This document shows, piece by piece, positions 7,207 to 17,038 of a DNA stretch of 27,689 bases (position 1 is its first letter; every line of letters begins with the position of its first letter). The position numbers and the translations under genes were made by a program. The DNA is taken from positions 391 to 28,079 of the forward strand of contig JALTLO010000011.1 of assembly GCA_027001995.1 (NCBI GenBank), given 5' to 3'. Under the pieces are notes generated by a model that did no database searches, had not been told where the DNA came from, and worked only from the letters and a program-made list of their open reading frames with translations. The stretch is from Planctomycetota bacterium. GTDB lineage: Bacteria > Planctomycetota > GCA-002687715 > DRQF01.

Positions 7207-8091
7207 ATGTGGAAAATCAGACACAAGAAATCGCTTGCCGACTTAGACGGCATACTCAAAGAGACCGGTCTAAGTCAGACGAATTGGCGAACCGAAATAG
7301 AAGACCTGAAGGAGTCTTATCGAGCCGTCTACATCCCCAAGGGTTCATCGGGGTACCGTACCCTGACTGTCCCAGGCCCCCTGTTGATGGGAAAGCAACG
7401 AAGTCTGCTTCGCCTTCTGAACCAGACGCTCAAGGCCCCAAACTTCGTTACAGGGGGTGTTCAAGGGGGTTCCATCCGATCCCATGCCAGACCTCACCTA
7501 AGCCAACTTTGGGTGGCGACCTTCGACGTGTGCAACTTTTTCCGACAAATCCGACCGGCGATGATCGAAAGAGTTCTTCTGTCTCTTGGTTTCTCCGACC
7601 CGGTCATTGAAGCGATCATCCGGCTATCCTTCGTCAAAGACATTTTACCCCAAGGGGCAGCCACGAGCCCTTTCTTGGCGAACATAGCCTTCCTGCCGGT
7701 CGATCGGGTGTTGAGACGAATAGCCAAAAAACGAGAGTTGACTTATACCCGCTATCTGGACGATTTGGCATTTTCGGGCATGACTGACCTGCCTCAACTG
7801 AGGGGCCCCATCAGACATGAATGCTCTCGATTCGGTTTTCCTCTCCACGAAGAAAAAGAACGATTCATGAAAGCAGGAACGAGACAGGTCATCACCGGGC
7901 TGGTGGTCAACAAGAAGCTTCGCCCAACTCCTGAATTTTTTCGTCGCCTGCAGGAAGACATGAAAAACTGCCAGGAAGCCGAAGGCATCACTGTCACCCC
8001 TGTGCTCGCGGGCAGACTCGCCTTTCTCAAACAGTTTGAACCTAAGTTAGCGATGCAAATCAGAGAGGAATTTCAGACGTCTTTGCCGTAG
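7207..8091 (+). CDS. Retron-type reverse transcriptase (RNA-directed DNA polymerase), 294 aa, stand-alone
   Basis: RT motifs IPKGSSGYRTLTVP, FDVCNFF, LPQGAATSPFLAN, YTRYLDDLAFSG, GFPLHEEK. Retron hallmarks: region X SIRSHARPH (NAxxH variant), region Y QVITGLVVN (VTG variant), and thumb GRLAFLKQFEP. No maturase or endonuclease extension. Confidence 0.92.
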   Translation: MWKIRHKKSLADLDGILKETGLSQTNWRTEIEDLKESYRAVYIPKGSSGYRTLTVPGPLLMGKQRSLLRLLNQTLKAPNFVTGGVQGGSIRSHARPHLSQLWVATFDVCNFFRQIRPAMIERVLLSLGFSDPVIEAIIRLSFVKDILPQGAATSPFLANIAFLPVDRVLRRIAKKRELTYTRYLDDLAFSGMTDLPQLRGPIRHECSRFGFPLHEEKERFMKAGTRQVITGLVVNKKLRPTPEFFRRLQEDMKNCQEAEGITVTPVLAGRLAFLKQFEPKLAMQIREEFQTSLP

Positions 8092-9251
8092 ACCATCTGC
8101 GCATAGAGTGACCGGATTGTCTCCGCATAGTCCTTGAACTTGTGACGCTCTTTCACCAAGATTTTCCCAGCGTGGCCAACGTTCTCTTTGAGCTTGGGAT
8201 CGTTCATCAACTCCCGTGTCGCTTCGGCAAATTGCCGTGGCCAGGCACCGTCGCGCATGATCGCTCCGCCGATCTCTCGGATGTCCTGAGCTAAGCCCGT
8301 GGTGTGGTCAATAATGACCGGTAAGCCAATGGCCATGGCTTGGAGGACAATCTCTTGCTCAGGAAAATCACGGCTGTGGGCCCAGAGAACATGGAGACGG
8401 CCAAGCAAAGAACCGGGCTCCTGAGGTAAGGGCATTTTCACGACCTGCTCCCCGAGCCCCAGATCTGAAACCCATGGTTCCACATTGACCTCCTGGGGAT
8501 CGCCAATCAGGATCAATCTGGCCTTGGGGCAATGACCCAGAAAAATCCGAAAGGCTTCCAACATCTCTCGGACGGCTTCGCATTGCCCTTGAGGCACCTT
8601 CATACCGATATCAAAGACACCCGCACTCAATTCTTGAAAGTCAACCAAGGGAGCAGTGACGGCCGCTGCTGAATCAATGCCATGGCCAACAACCGAGGTG
8701 TACTTGAGTCGCCCGAATCGTTTCAGAGCACTCATCCGCTGGTCATGATCAAGAAAAGCAAAACGAGGACGAGGAGCAAAAAGCCAACCGGCTCCGTCCA
8801 AGGCCCGTCCCCAAATTCCCCGCCGAGTCTCTGGGAGAGTCTCCGCCAATACAGGTAAATTCGCCGAAGCAGAAGCCCCCAGAACTCCCAATGTCCGGGC
8901 ATGATCGCCAATCAAGTGAAGGACTTGAGGATTGTTATGCTGGATCAAAGAACGAAGGCGCAACAAGGCTCCCAAACGCTGCCCCAAGCCTTCCCGTTTA
9001 CCCTTCTCTACCTCCAAACTGACCACAGGAACGTTCTTGCCCTGAATTTTTTCAACTGCCTGGCCATACACCTCAATGCTAGCCACCGCTGCCTTGAGTT
9101 GCATACGACCAAACTGGCCAAGTAAGCGGACAAGTTGTTTATTGGCATAACTGGGCGCGGTGGAGTCTACCACATAGAGAACACGGATAGGTCTTCTAAG
9201 CCCCTGCTCTTGTTCTCGTTTTTCGATCTCTTGGATATTCAATTCAGTCAC
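8073..9251 (-). CDS. GT-B fold glycosyltransferase family 4-like protein (degenerate motifs)
   Basis: IRVLYVVD start, GHGID, ARLILIGD, LQAMAIGLPVI, and C-terminal ELMNDPKL...GHAG pattern. The GTG start overlaps the trkH stop. Confidence 0.75.
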   Translation of the reverse strand: MTELNIQEIEKREQEQGLRRPIRVLYVVDSTAPSYANKQLVRLLGQFGRMQLKAAVASIEVYGQAVEKIQGKNVPVVSLEVEKGKREGLGQRLGALLRLRSLIQHNNPQVLHLIGDHARTLGVLGASASANLPVLAETLPETRRGIWGRALDGAGWLFAPRPRFAFLDHDQRMSALKRFGRLKYTSVVGHGIDSAAAVTAPLVDFQELSAGVFDIGMKVPQGQCEAVREMLEAFRIFLGHCPKARLILIGDPQEVNVEPWVSDLGLGEQVVKMPLPQEPGSLLGRLHVLWAHSRDFPEQEIVLQAMAIGLPVIIDHTTGLAQDIREIGGAIMRDGAWPRQFAEATRELMNDPKLKENVGHAGKILVKERHKFKDYAETIRSLYAQMVYGKDV

Positions 9252-10713
9252 GCCAAAGCACCACAGTCAACAAACTTAGAGCGGTCATGATCTCCAGGCG
9301 GCCCACCAACATCAACAAGGAGCAAAGAACTTTCCCCGCTTCTGGAATGTCGGCGTAATTGCAAGCTGGCCCAACACCACCGAAACCAGGACCAATGTTG
9401 CCCAAAGTCGCAATGGAAGCAGCAAAAGCTGTTTCCATTTCAACACCCAGTGCCGAAAGGCAGACGCCGCCAATGACAAAAGTGCAGATGAAGAGAAACC
9501 CCATCGCCAAGATAGGCTTCATCACATCACTCCCAATGGACACACCGCCCAAGCGTACAGGTGCCACGGTTCTGGGACGCACATGGGAACGAAGTTGACT
9601 CCCCATGAATTTGAGTATGAGAATGAAGCGAATCACCTTAAGGCCCCCCGCCGTCGATCCCGCAGAGCCCCCGATGAACATCGATATGCACAAGATTGCC
9701 TTCGAAAGAGCTGGCCAGCCATCGTAATCTGTGGTGGCGAAGCCCGTTGTTGTGCCAATGGAAACAACTTGAAATGAGGCATCCCGTAAGGCTGTACCTG
9801 AGTCCTTCATGGTATCGGTAACCATCAAATCAGCGGTGATCAAGATGATAGCGGTTGCCATCAATGCAGCGTAAATGCGAAATTCTGAATCGCGAAACAA
9901 AGAGCGCCAATGACCTGCTGCCACCCGATGGTAAAGGGTAAAGTTGACCCCCGCCATAAACATGAAAATGGTAATGATGACGTGAATCCAGGTCGAATCG
10001 TAGAATCCGATACTGGCAGTATGAACCGAGAAACCTCCGGTGGCCATGGTAGCGAAGCTATGGCAAAGAGCCGCGAACCAATCCATACCCGCCATCATGA
10101 GGCACAAAGACTCCACCAAAGTCAGGGCCGCGTAGATTGTCCAGAGAGTCTTGGCAGTTTGGCGAATCTGGGGCTTGAAACCCTTCTCTCCCACCCCTGG
10201 CACCTCGAAATGAAACATGATCCGAGATCCGACCCCAAGGGCTGGAAGAAGGGCCACCAAGAGAACGACAATGCCCACGCCCCCCAACCAATTGGTCATG
10301 CAACGCCAAAATAGGATCGATTGGGGGACCGCCAACCCATCGCCATAGAGTTCCATAGAGGCCATAACACTGGCACCGGTGGTGGTAAAACCACTCATCG
10401 TCTCGAAGTAAGCACCAATGAAGTCTGGAATGACTCCAGAGAAGACATAAGGCAAGCAGCCCACCAAAGCACAAAAGAGCCAAGCGAAACCCACCACCGT
10501 CAATCCTTCACGTCGGAAGAACGATTCAGGAGCGTGGCGGAACAAAAATGCTGGTACTCCGCCAAAGATCAAGCCAATGGTGATAGCCCCGACAAATGCC
10601 ATGGCCGCATCGCTCTCTCCGTAACCCCACGCAACCCCCAAAGGTGCGACCATGGTGAGAGAAATCGTAACAACGAGCATCCCGATGACATGAAGTACCC
10701 GACGAAGATTCAT
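9244..10713 (-). CDS. trkH: Trk system potassium uptake protein TrkH
   Basis: 489-aa polytopic protein with four pore loops (FETMSGFTTTGAS, TMATGGF, GTTTGF, TLGNIGPG), plus GSTAGGLK and LVGRLEI. Confidence 0.96.
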   Translation of the reverse strand: MNLRRVLHVIGMLVVTISLTMVAPLGVAWGYGESDAAMAFVGAITIGLIFGGVPAFLFRHAPESFFRREGLTVVGFAWLFCALVGCLPYVFSGVIPDFIGAYFETMSGFTTTGASVMASMELYGDGLAVPQSILFWRCMTNWLGGVGIVVLLVALLPALGVGSRIMFHFEVPGVGEKGFKPQIRQTAKTLWTIYAALTLVESLCLMMAGMDWFAALCHSFATMATGGFSVHTASIGFYDSTWIHVIITIFMFMAGVNFTLYHRVAAGHWRSLFRDSEFRIYAALMATAIILITADLMVTDTMKDSGTALRDASFQVVSIGTTTGFATTDYDGWPALSKAILCISMFIGGSAGSTAGGLKVIRFILILKFMGSQLRSHVRPRTVAPVRLGGVSIGSDVMKPILAMGFLFICTFVIGGVCLSALGVEMETAFAASIATLGNIGPGFGGVGPACNYADIPEAGKVLCSLLMLVGRLEIMTALSLLTVVLWRD

Positions 10714-12044
10714 GCGAACAAGGCCTCTACGTTTTTGCGGGCTTGAGTGAGGGCAAAGACAATCAACATGTCGTCAGACTCCAACACATCACCACCCCGG
10801 GGCACAAAGACACCTTCTTCACGAACAATAGCACCAATGATAGCACCGCGAGGAAAATTCAGATCTTTGAGAGCCGTCCCGATCAAGGGGCAATCTTTGC
10901 CCAATTCCAGCTCGATCACCTCAGCACGCCCATGCTCAATGGAGGTAACCCGAGAATCACCCCCAGAGCGCACAAAGCGCAGGATGCGTTCGGCCACCAA
11001 CGTGCGGGGCGAAATGATAGCGTTGACGTTTAGCCTCTTGTAGAGGTCTTGGTAGTCAGGTTTGCTGACAATAGCCATGGTCTTGGCGGCGCCGATCTCT
11101 TTCGCCAACTGACAAGAAATCAGGTTAACTTCGTCTTTGTCAGTAAGTGCCAAGAAAAGGTCAACTTTTTCAACGTTGCTCTCTTTGAGGTGTTGAATGT
11201 TCGTACCATTGCCGAATTCGATCTCAGCGTTTGGCAGAAGATTGGCCAAGACTTCACATTGCTCCAACGACTGATCTAAGATTTTGAGCTTGATCCGAAG
11301 GCGCTCAAGAGTTCGCGCCACCGCCCGCCCAGTTCGTCCACCCCCCACGATCATCACTTTGCGGGGAAGAGCGATACGACCTCCCAAAATTTTATCAACC
11401 CGCTCCATGGTTTCCGTAGCCCCAATCAAGAGGACTTCATCCCCTAAACGAACTTCGTCCTCGCCGGTAGGAATCAGGATTGAGGTGCCACGAACCAAAG
11501 CTGTGATCAGGCATTGCCGAGGTAATTTGATGTCTTTGATCTTTTTCCCGGCGGCGTCAAATCGCCCAGTCAGCTCAAAACGATGCAACTGGATCTTACC
11601 GTCGGCTACGGTTTCCACGCTGACCAGATCTTGGCCCCGAGCCTGCCTGGAAATGGCCGAGGCCGTCATTTCTTCTGGACTAATGGTGAGATCAAAGTCC
11701 AAAGTGCGCCGGTAGAAAAAGCGGCGTTTGGTGATGTGGGAGAGGCCATGGACCCGGACGGCGGTCTGCTTGGCACCCAGTTTCTTGGCCAAAAGGGACG
11801 CTAGCATGTTCAATTCGTCGTTAAAGGTAACGGCACAGAAAAGATCACAGGTGCCGACCATGGCCAAATCGAGCACATCCACACTGCCACCGTGCCCTTG
11901 AATAACCTCAATATCCAAGGAATCCCGGGCTCTTTGAACTGTATTCCGATCTGAGTCAATGAGGACCACCGCGTGCCCATCGCTCAAAAGAGCCCGTGCC
12001 AGGTGTTCTCCCACTTCGCCGGCCCCAAGAATCGTTATTCTCAT
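10710..12044 (-). CDS. trkA: Trk system potassium transporter regulatory subunit TrkA
   Basis: Two RCK N+C modules with Rossmann motifs (ILGAGEVG, IVGGGRTG). Start taken at MRITILG (12044). ATGA overlap with trkH. Confidence 0.95.
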   Translation of the reverse strand: MRITILGAGEVGEHLARALLSDGHAVVLIDSDRNTVQRARDSLDIEVIQGHGGSVDVLDLAMVGTCDLFCAVTFNDELNMLASLLAKKLGAKQTAVRVHGLSHITKRRFFYRRTLDFDLTISPEEMTASAISRQARGQDLVSVETVADGKIQLHRFELTGRFDAAGKKIKDIKLPRQCLITALVRGTSILIPTGEDEVRLGDEVLLIGATETMERVDKILGGRIALPRKVMIVGGGRTGRAVARTLERLRIKLKILDQSLEQCEVLANLLPNAEIEFGNGTNIQHLKESNVEKVDLFLALTDKDEVNLISCQLAKEIGAAKTMAIVSKPDYQDLYKRLNVNAIISPRTLVAERILRFVRSGGDSRVTSIEHGRAEVIELELGKDCPLIGTALKDLNFPRGAIIGAIVREEGVFVPRGGDVLESDDMLIVFALTQARKNVEALFA

Positions 12045-12239
12045 GGTGTCAACGGCTCCAAGTGTTTCGGAGCCTGAAAACCTCTCAAACGCGAGCAAAA
12101 TTAGGAGCGAAAGATCGTCCTTTTGTCATGGACAGATAGGGACGATCAACACAAAGTCCTTGGGGGTCCATTTTCGCCCCCGTGTACGGAAGTTACCATA
12201 CAGCCGACTTGTTTTCTGGACAAGATAGACTTGAAGACC

Positions 12240-14561
12240 ATGAATAGCAGCCCTCTCCATTCTATGACCAGCGCTGAGAGCCACCTTCCCTGGTGGCTGA
12301 GGCGTTTTGGAGCCATCGGAATCATCCTTCTGGCGGCATTTGGCAGTCATAGTTGGATGATGAACCTGGAGTTCCAGCTGGACGACTGGGAACAAATCAG
12401 CGATGCCATGCACCCATCTGTGGACGCTGTTCTTTTGGGTAAAGATTCAAGAAATCAAAAGGCAAAGAGGGGCCGCCCCACTTTTGTCGCCTTTTTCAGG
12501 CCCGTTTTGTTTGCTTCCATGTGGCTGGATGTTCAATTGTTCGGCTCCAATCCCCGGGGACATCACACCTCCAGCATCGTCTATCACATGGCCTGCGTTC
12601 TACTTTTCTACTTGAGTTTGCTGCGGATTCTGCCCCTGATCCTGACCAAGACAAAACACAAACAGATCGCTTTCTTGGCTTTTTGCTCCGCTCTCATTTT
12701 CGCTATCCATCCCGGCTGCTGGGGAGCCGTCAGTTGGGTGGCAGCCCGCGGGGACATCTTGGCCACATTCCTTTTCCTTCTGGCCACCAGAGCCCTCATC
12801 TCTCACCGAGAGCACCCAAGTCCCAAGAAAGTCGCCTTACTCTTTGGCTTTTTGCTCTTAGCGCTTTTGGCCAAAGAAGGGGCTATCATCTGCGGCCCCA
12901 TTCTGGCCTTCCTTGATTACTTCATCTTACGTCACCGAGGGCCGGAGCTGAAACGCTGGAATACCTTCAAAATTGGTATTCCCCTTATTCTTCTGGTGCC
13001 CGCCTACATGTACTTCCGTATCTGGATGTTCGGTCCTCTGGCCAACCTTTATGCCGGGCATGTCCGTGTCATCAACATGCAGATTTTGGAACGTACCATT
13101 ATCGACTTCTTTCGCTCTTTCCCCCACGTTGCCGGTGGCTACTTCTACTGTGACAAACTGAGAGCTTTGGAGATATTGCAAAGGGTGTCGGTGGTTTTCA
13201 TGTTCATCATGTCTGGGTTCTGGATCATGCGACGTCCAGTCAAGAGGACTTTGGGCTTCCTCTTCCTTCTGGGCCTGTTCACTATTTCCGTGGCTCCGGC
13301 CATGCGATTCTACCGCGAGGCATCTGGTTTCGACGCATCCAGGCTTTTCTATCTCCCATTCGTTTTCGTCTCCCTCATCATCGCCATCCCCATGCAACTT
13401 TTGATGGCCAGAATTCGCCTGATAAGAAGCCTGACATTTATCTGGTTATTGGTTTCTATTGTCACTTGGAGTTGGGGGGCTTACCACGCCACCACATCCC
13501 AACTAAGAGCAGCAGAGATCATTGCCCGAGTCAGACAAGACGTGCGGGCCTTTTCTCAGCGGGTTGATGTGAAAGACCCCTTCTATGTTGTGTTTCGCCT
13601 GCCAACGGAAGTAGGGAACGTGGCCCTCTATGGCACTTTCCTCAACACAGCATTCACCGCTGACTTCATGAAGGAACCCATTTTCGTACGTTCAACTTGG
13701 AGTAAGAATCTGCGATGGGAGTTGCGGGAAGGTCAACTCTTCGATTACCCATTCCCAGTTCAATTCTTGGAGTGGGTCGATGACGAAAGAGATGGTGGCC
13801 ATCTCAAACCCATGACCCGCGTTCTTTTGGGCCCCATAGGATACAAGCCCCTCATCCCCTGGCCCCAAGGGCAAGACACTGTCAAGCTCGAACAGAAAGT
13901 TCATCCCCGGGATATTCGTTCATTGAAGGTCAACTTCAAGAACAAGCCAAAGGACAAGTTCGCTTTTAAGCTGGTTTTTCGCGATGACAGGTCTGAGTAC
14001 GTGGTGGAGTCCAAGTGGAATCCCAAAATGTTCGGCACCGGCGATCACATGCACTTCTACTTTGTCGAAGAAGCAGACTGGCTTTTTTTAGGGGGCATCC
14101 AGGAAGTTGAGTTTGTTCCCGTCTCAGGAAAGCCACCGACTATCACGTCTATCGACTTTGGCAGTGCTTTGCCCAAAATTACCACCACAATTCCCAATCG
14201 CACGCCCTTCCCGATAGGCGGATCAGAACCGGAGATCCGCTTCAAAGAAGAGGAACCCTGCCCCTGGTACCGCGTGCGTGTCTTCTTCGGCATCAAGGAA
14301 CGCTCTTGGACATTCCCAAGAGCCGCTTTGCTCCAAGAGAACGGTGAGTTAGCCGTGCGCTTGTCCAAGGGTGGCTACTTCAAACACGAATTTGCCATCG
14401 GATGGGAAGACCTGAAGAAGAACTCCGTTTCTAAGTTAGACCTCATGGGTTTGACTCAACTGCCGTTCCGCTACAAGATTGAAGGACTTCGAGGCCAGAT
14501 CGATGCCCAAGGACAGCCCCAGTCGACTTCCGCCGAAGCGTCATTCCTCATCACCAGATAA
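12240..14561 (+). CDS. GT-C fold integral membrane glycosyltransferase (TMTC/PMT-like) with a large C-terminal extracytoplasmic domain
   Basis: FQLDDW loop, FFRPV, HP...AVSWVAARGD..., LLAKE, RLFYLP and many TM segments. ATG 12240 preferred over TTG 12123. Confidence 0.75.
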   Translation: MNSSPLHSMTSAESHLPWWLRRFGAIGIILLAAFGSHSWMMNLEFQLDDWEQISDAMHPSVDAVLLGKDSRNQKAKRGRPTFVAFFRPVLFASMWLDVQLFGSNPRGHHTSSIVYHMACVLLFYLSLLRILPLILTKTKHKQIAFLAFCSALIFAIHPGCWGAVSWVAARGDILATFLFLLATRALISHREHPSPKKVALLFGFLLLALLAKEGAIICGPILAFLDYFILRHRGPELKRWNTFKIGIPLILLVPAYMYFRIWMFGPLANLYAGHVRVINMQILERTIIDFFRSFPHVAGGYFYCDKLRALEILQRVSVVFMFIMSGFWIMRRPVKRTLGFLFLLGLFTISVAPAMRFYREASGFDASRLFYLPFVFVSLIIAIPMQLLMARIRLIRSLTFIWLLVSIVTWSWGAYHATTSQLRAAEIIARVRQDVRAFSQRVDVKDPFYVVFRLPTEVGNVALYGTFLNTAFTADFMKEPIFVRSTWSKNLRWELREGQLFDYPFPVQFLEWVDDERDGGHLKPMTRVLLGPIGYKPLIPWPQGQDTVKLEQKVHPRDIRSLKVNFKNKPKDKFAFKLVFRDDRSEYVVESKWNPKMFGTGDHMHFYFVEEADWLFLGGIQEVEFVPVSGKPPTITSIDFGSALPKITTTIPNRTPFPIGGSEPEIRFKEEEPCPWYRVRVFFGIKERSWTFPRAALLQENGELAVRLSKGGYFKHEFAIGWEDLKKNSVSKLDLMGLTQLPFRYKIEGLRGQIDAQGQPQSTSAEASFLITR

Positions 14562-14581
14562 GGTAGCAGTCAGCCCTAACC

Positions 14582-16861
14582 ATGCCCGAACGTAAGGACC
14601 CCCCATTGATCACCAACAATGACAGGAACAAGACGTTATGCTCTATCACCCTGATCATTCTTGCAGCCATCCTCAGCCATTACTGGATGACTTCTTTGGA
14701 ATTCCAGTTAGATGATTGGGTGCAGGTCTACGACGCTGGCAATCCTGGGCGCAAAGCTGCCCTTTTGGGGGGCGATCCAGAATCGACGCAATTCGTGTCC
14801 TTTTTCCGTCCTTTACTCCATTTATCTTTCAAGATGGACGTCAATCTCTTTGGGCCAAGCTCTTACGCTTTGCACTTGATGTCCTTGCTCTATCACGTTC
14901 TTGCAGCTCTGCTTTTCTTCTTCGTCATCAAGAGATTTCAGCGAGATTTCTGCAGCCAGCCAGATACAAAATTAGCCCTCGTTGCGGCCTTCATTTTCGC
15001 CATTCATCCGAGTACTTGGGGAGCTGTCAGTTGGGTGGCGGCTCGCAGTGATGTCTTGGCAACCATATGCTCTTTGGGGGCTTTTCTTGCCCTCATGTCA
15101 TGGCGAGTCCGCCCTCAAGGCAGCCGAATCTTCCTTGTCATTGTCTTGCTTATGATGGCCATGGGCGCAAAGGAAGGGGCCATCGTTGTTCCTATCATTT
15201 TCTTGGTCGTAGATCGGCTTATCTTGGCCAAAAACTTCCCCCGCCAAGGGAAGACGAGTTCCTGGCTCTTTCCCTTGCTTTTGATTGCCCTGCCCATCGC
15301 CTACACCCTTCTGAGAAAGAAAATTTTCGGCCAAGATGCCAGCCTCTATGGAGGCGCTGTTCGTGTCATCAACGGTGCCGTCATCAAGAACAGCCTTTTG
15401 TCCTTCGTGAAGACGATCCCCCAAGTATTAGGTGGATTCTTCAACTACGAATTTGCTTCAAAGGGGGCCTTGCTCCAATACGTCACGAGCGCCTTGCTCT
15501 TGACTTCCCTCGTCACTTGGATTGCTCAAGAATGGAGGTCACGACTGCGTGCTTGTGGCTTCCTCGTTTTCTTTTTTGGTTTGGCCATGGGCCCAGCTAT
15601 GAGTGTCTATCCCCCAGCTTCACTCTTAGATCCATCGAGGCTTTTCTATTTTGGATTTCCTTTTGTTGCCGTGCTCATTGCTTTGGCTTTGAGCAACGCT
15701 TATGACTCCCGGGGTCCAGCCCGCGCCTTAGGAGTTGCGACTCTGATTGTCTCACTCTTGAGCTGGATCTTAGGGGGTTACTCTCACGCCCATCAACAAA
15801 ATCAAGCTGCTCACATGATTCGAGAGTTGCGAGACAACTTGAGCCAGAAAATCCGACAAGCTGAGGACCCGAATCGTTTGTGGATCGTCACGGGGCTCCC
15901 CCACAAACTCAACACCATTCCACTTTACGGCGTTTATATGCCCGACGCATTTCGACCATTTTTTACCGATGCCCCGGGCCTCGTCTATCAAAGTTGGAAA
16001 AGTGATCTGCAGACAGACCTGCGTTCCGACTGGATCTTCAAACACAAAGGAAGTGTCCAGATTCTGAGATGGGATGAAGGTGAAGATGTGGTGTACGGCA
16101 ACCTTGTTGACCAAAGCCAAGTTCTCCCTGCGCCATCAGGTTTTCGCCCCCGAGTGGTTCTGTCAACAACCAGCACCGAGACCATTCTTAAGCAACCCGT
16201 TCACCCCCGTGATATCAACTCATTGGAAATCGAGTTCGACCAAGTCCCCAAAGATGAGTTTCTCATCTCAGTAAGTTTCTGGGACAAACTCGGCTGCTAT
16301 ACACGAAAAATCCATTGGCAGCCTCGGGAGTTTGGAAGCTCCAAATCTGTCTTCTTCGTGCTGGCGGAGGATCGCGACTGGTTGTTCCGCGGCGAGGTTT
16401 CGAAAATCGAAGTGAAGGCACTTGAGGGCTCAGCGCCCCAAGTCAGAGCCATCAACTTTGCCGGTCGTCCACCACGGGTGGAAGTGATAAACAAGTACGA
16501 AGAGCTCTTTCCTCTTTCAGGCCCAGAACCTGTCATCAAGTTCACAGAGAAATCCCCATGCCTTTGGTATCGATTACGTGTCTTTTTTGACCCGAAGGAA
16601 CAAACTTGGACTCTACCTCGCCAGCAACTCTTGCAACCCGATGGCACCATGAGTTTTCGGTTTTCCATGCCTGGCCGATTTCCAGACGAACCAAGCATCC
16701 CTTGGCCCCTCTTCAGCGCTGGCGCTTTAGAGGCCCTCAATAAGTCTGGCACCCAAGACCTAAGGATTAACTTCACCATTGAAGGCCTACGAGGTCAGAT
16801 TGGCCATCAGGCTTCAGCTCAAAGCAAGTCCCCCATCACCGCCATCATCCTACACCGTTAA
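14582..16861 (+). CDS. GT-C fold membrane glycosyltransferase, tandem paralog of the 12240-14561 gene
   Basis: Same motifs (LEFQLDDW, FFRPL, IFAIHP..WGAVSWVAAR.D, AKEGAI, SRLFY, VHPRDI, DWLF, IEGLRGQI). Confidence 0.75.
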   Translation: MPERKDPPLITNNDRNKTLCSITLIILAAILSHYWMTSLEFQLDDWVQVYDAGNPGRKAALLGGDPESTQFVSFFRPLLHLSFKMDVNLFGPSSYALHLMSLLYHVLAALLFFFVIKRFQRDFCSQPDTKLALVAAFIFAIHPSTWGAVSWVAARSDVLATICSLGAFLALMSWRVRPQGSRIFLVIVLLMMAMGAKEGAIVVPIIFLVVDRLILAKNFPRQGKTSSWLFPLLLIALPIAYTLLRKKIFGQDASLYGGAVRVINGAVIKNSLLSFVKTIPQVLGGFFNYEFASKGALLQYVTSALLLTSLVTWIAQEWRSRLRACGFLVFFFGLAMGPAMSVYPPASLLDPSRLFYFGFPFVAVLIALALSNAYDSRGPARALGVATLIVSLLSWILGGYSHAHQQNQAAHMIRELRDNLSQKIRQAEDPNRLWIVTGLPHKLNTIPLYGVYMPDAFRPFFTDAPGLVYQSWKSDLQTDLRSDWIFKHKGSVQILRWDEGEDVVYGNLVDQSQVLPAPSGFRPRVVLSTTSTETILKQPVHPRDINSLEIEFDQVPKDEFLISVSFWDKLGCYTRKIHWQPREFGSSKSVFFVLAEDRDWLFRGEVSKIEVKALEGSAPQVRAINFAGRPPRVEVINKYEELFPLSGPEPVIKFTEKSPCLWYRLRVFFDPKEQTWTLPRQQLLQPDGTMSFRFSMPGRFPDEPSIPWPLFSAGALEALNKSGTQDLRINFTIEGLRGQIGHQASAQSKSPITAIILHR

Positions 16862-16901
16862 TTCTCGAAGGGCCCAACACCTGAGAGAATTCAGAATATT
16901 A

Positions 16902-16929
16902 TTGACAAAGAATATCTCTGTTCCATAGT
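16902..16929 (+). promoter_or_regulatory. Candidate sigma70-type promoter for the beta-helix gene pair
   Basis: TTGACA (16902-16907), 16-nt spacer, CATAGT (16924-16929). AGAATAT repeated on both sides of the -35 box. Confidence 0.45.
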
Positions 16930-17038
16930 CTCGCCCCTGGTGTAGTTGCCGCCCATGTGTCCGACCTCGTTTTCTACTGAAGGTCTTCGATGGAACGGTG
17001 ATGCTTGTCGACCTCAGAACATGGCCGAGGGGAATCTC

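Noticed and set aside
6746..7246. 166-aa and 73-aa + strand ORFs as the retron effector
   Set aside because: The 166-aa ORF is Ser/Arg/Pro/Cys-rich, crosses the structured ncRNA and overlaps the RT start. The 73-aa ORF is the in-register antisense shadow of the more natural - strand ORF.
335..8091. Diversity-generating retroelement (RT + near-identical repeats, one covering a gene's 3' end)
   Set aside because: Mismatches are not adenine-specific in the would-be template. Only 9 of 18 non-junction mismatches are at coding-strand A, and those As are in the intact gene, which is the wrong direction. Most are third-position changes. The RT has retron motifs rather than DGR motifs, there is no Avd-like gene, and the target has no CLec-type variable region.
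7041..8091. Group II intron or CRISPR-associated RT
   Set aside because: The RT is short, lacks maturase and endonuclease domains, and runs straight into the host gene with no domain V/VI. No cas genes or arrays are present.
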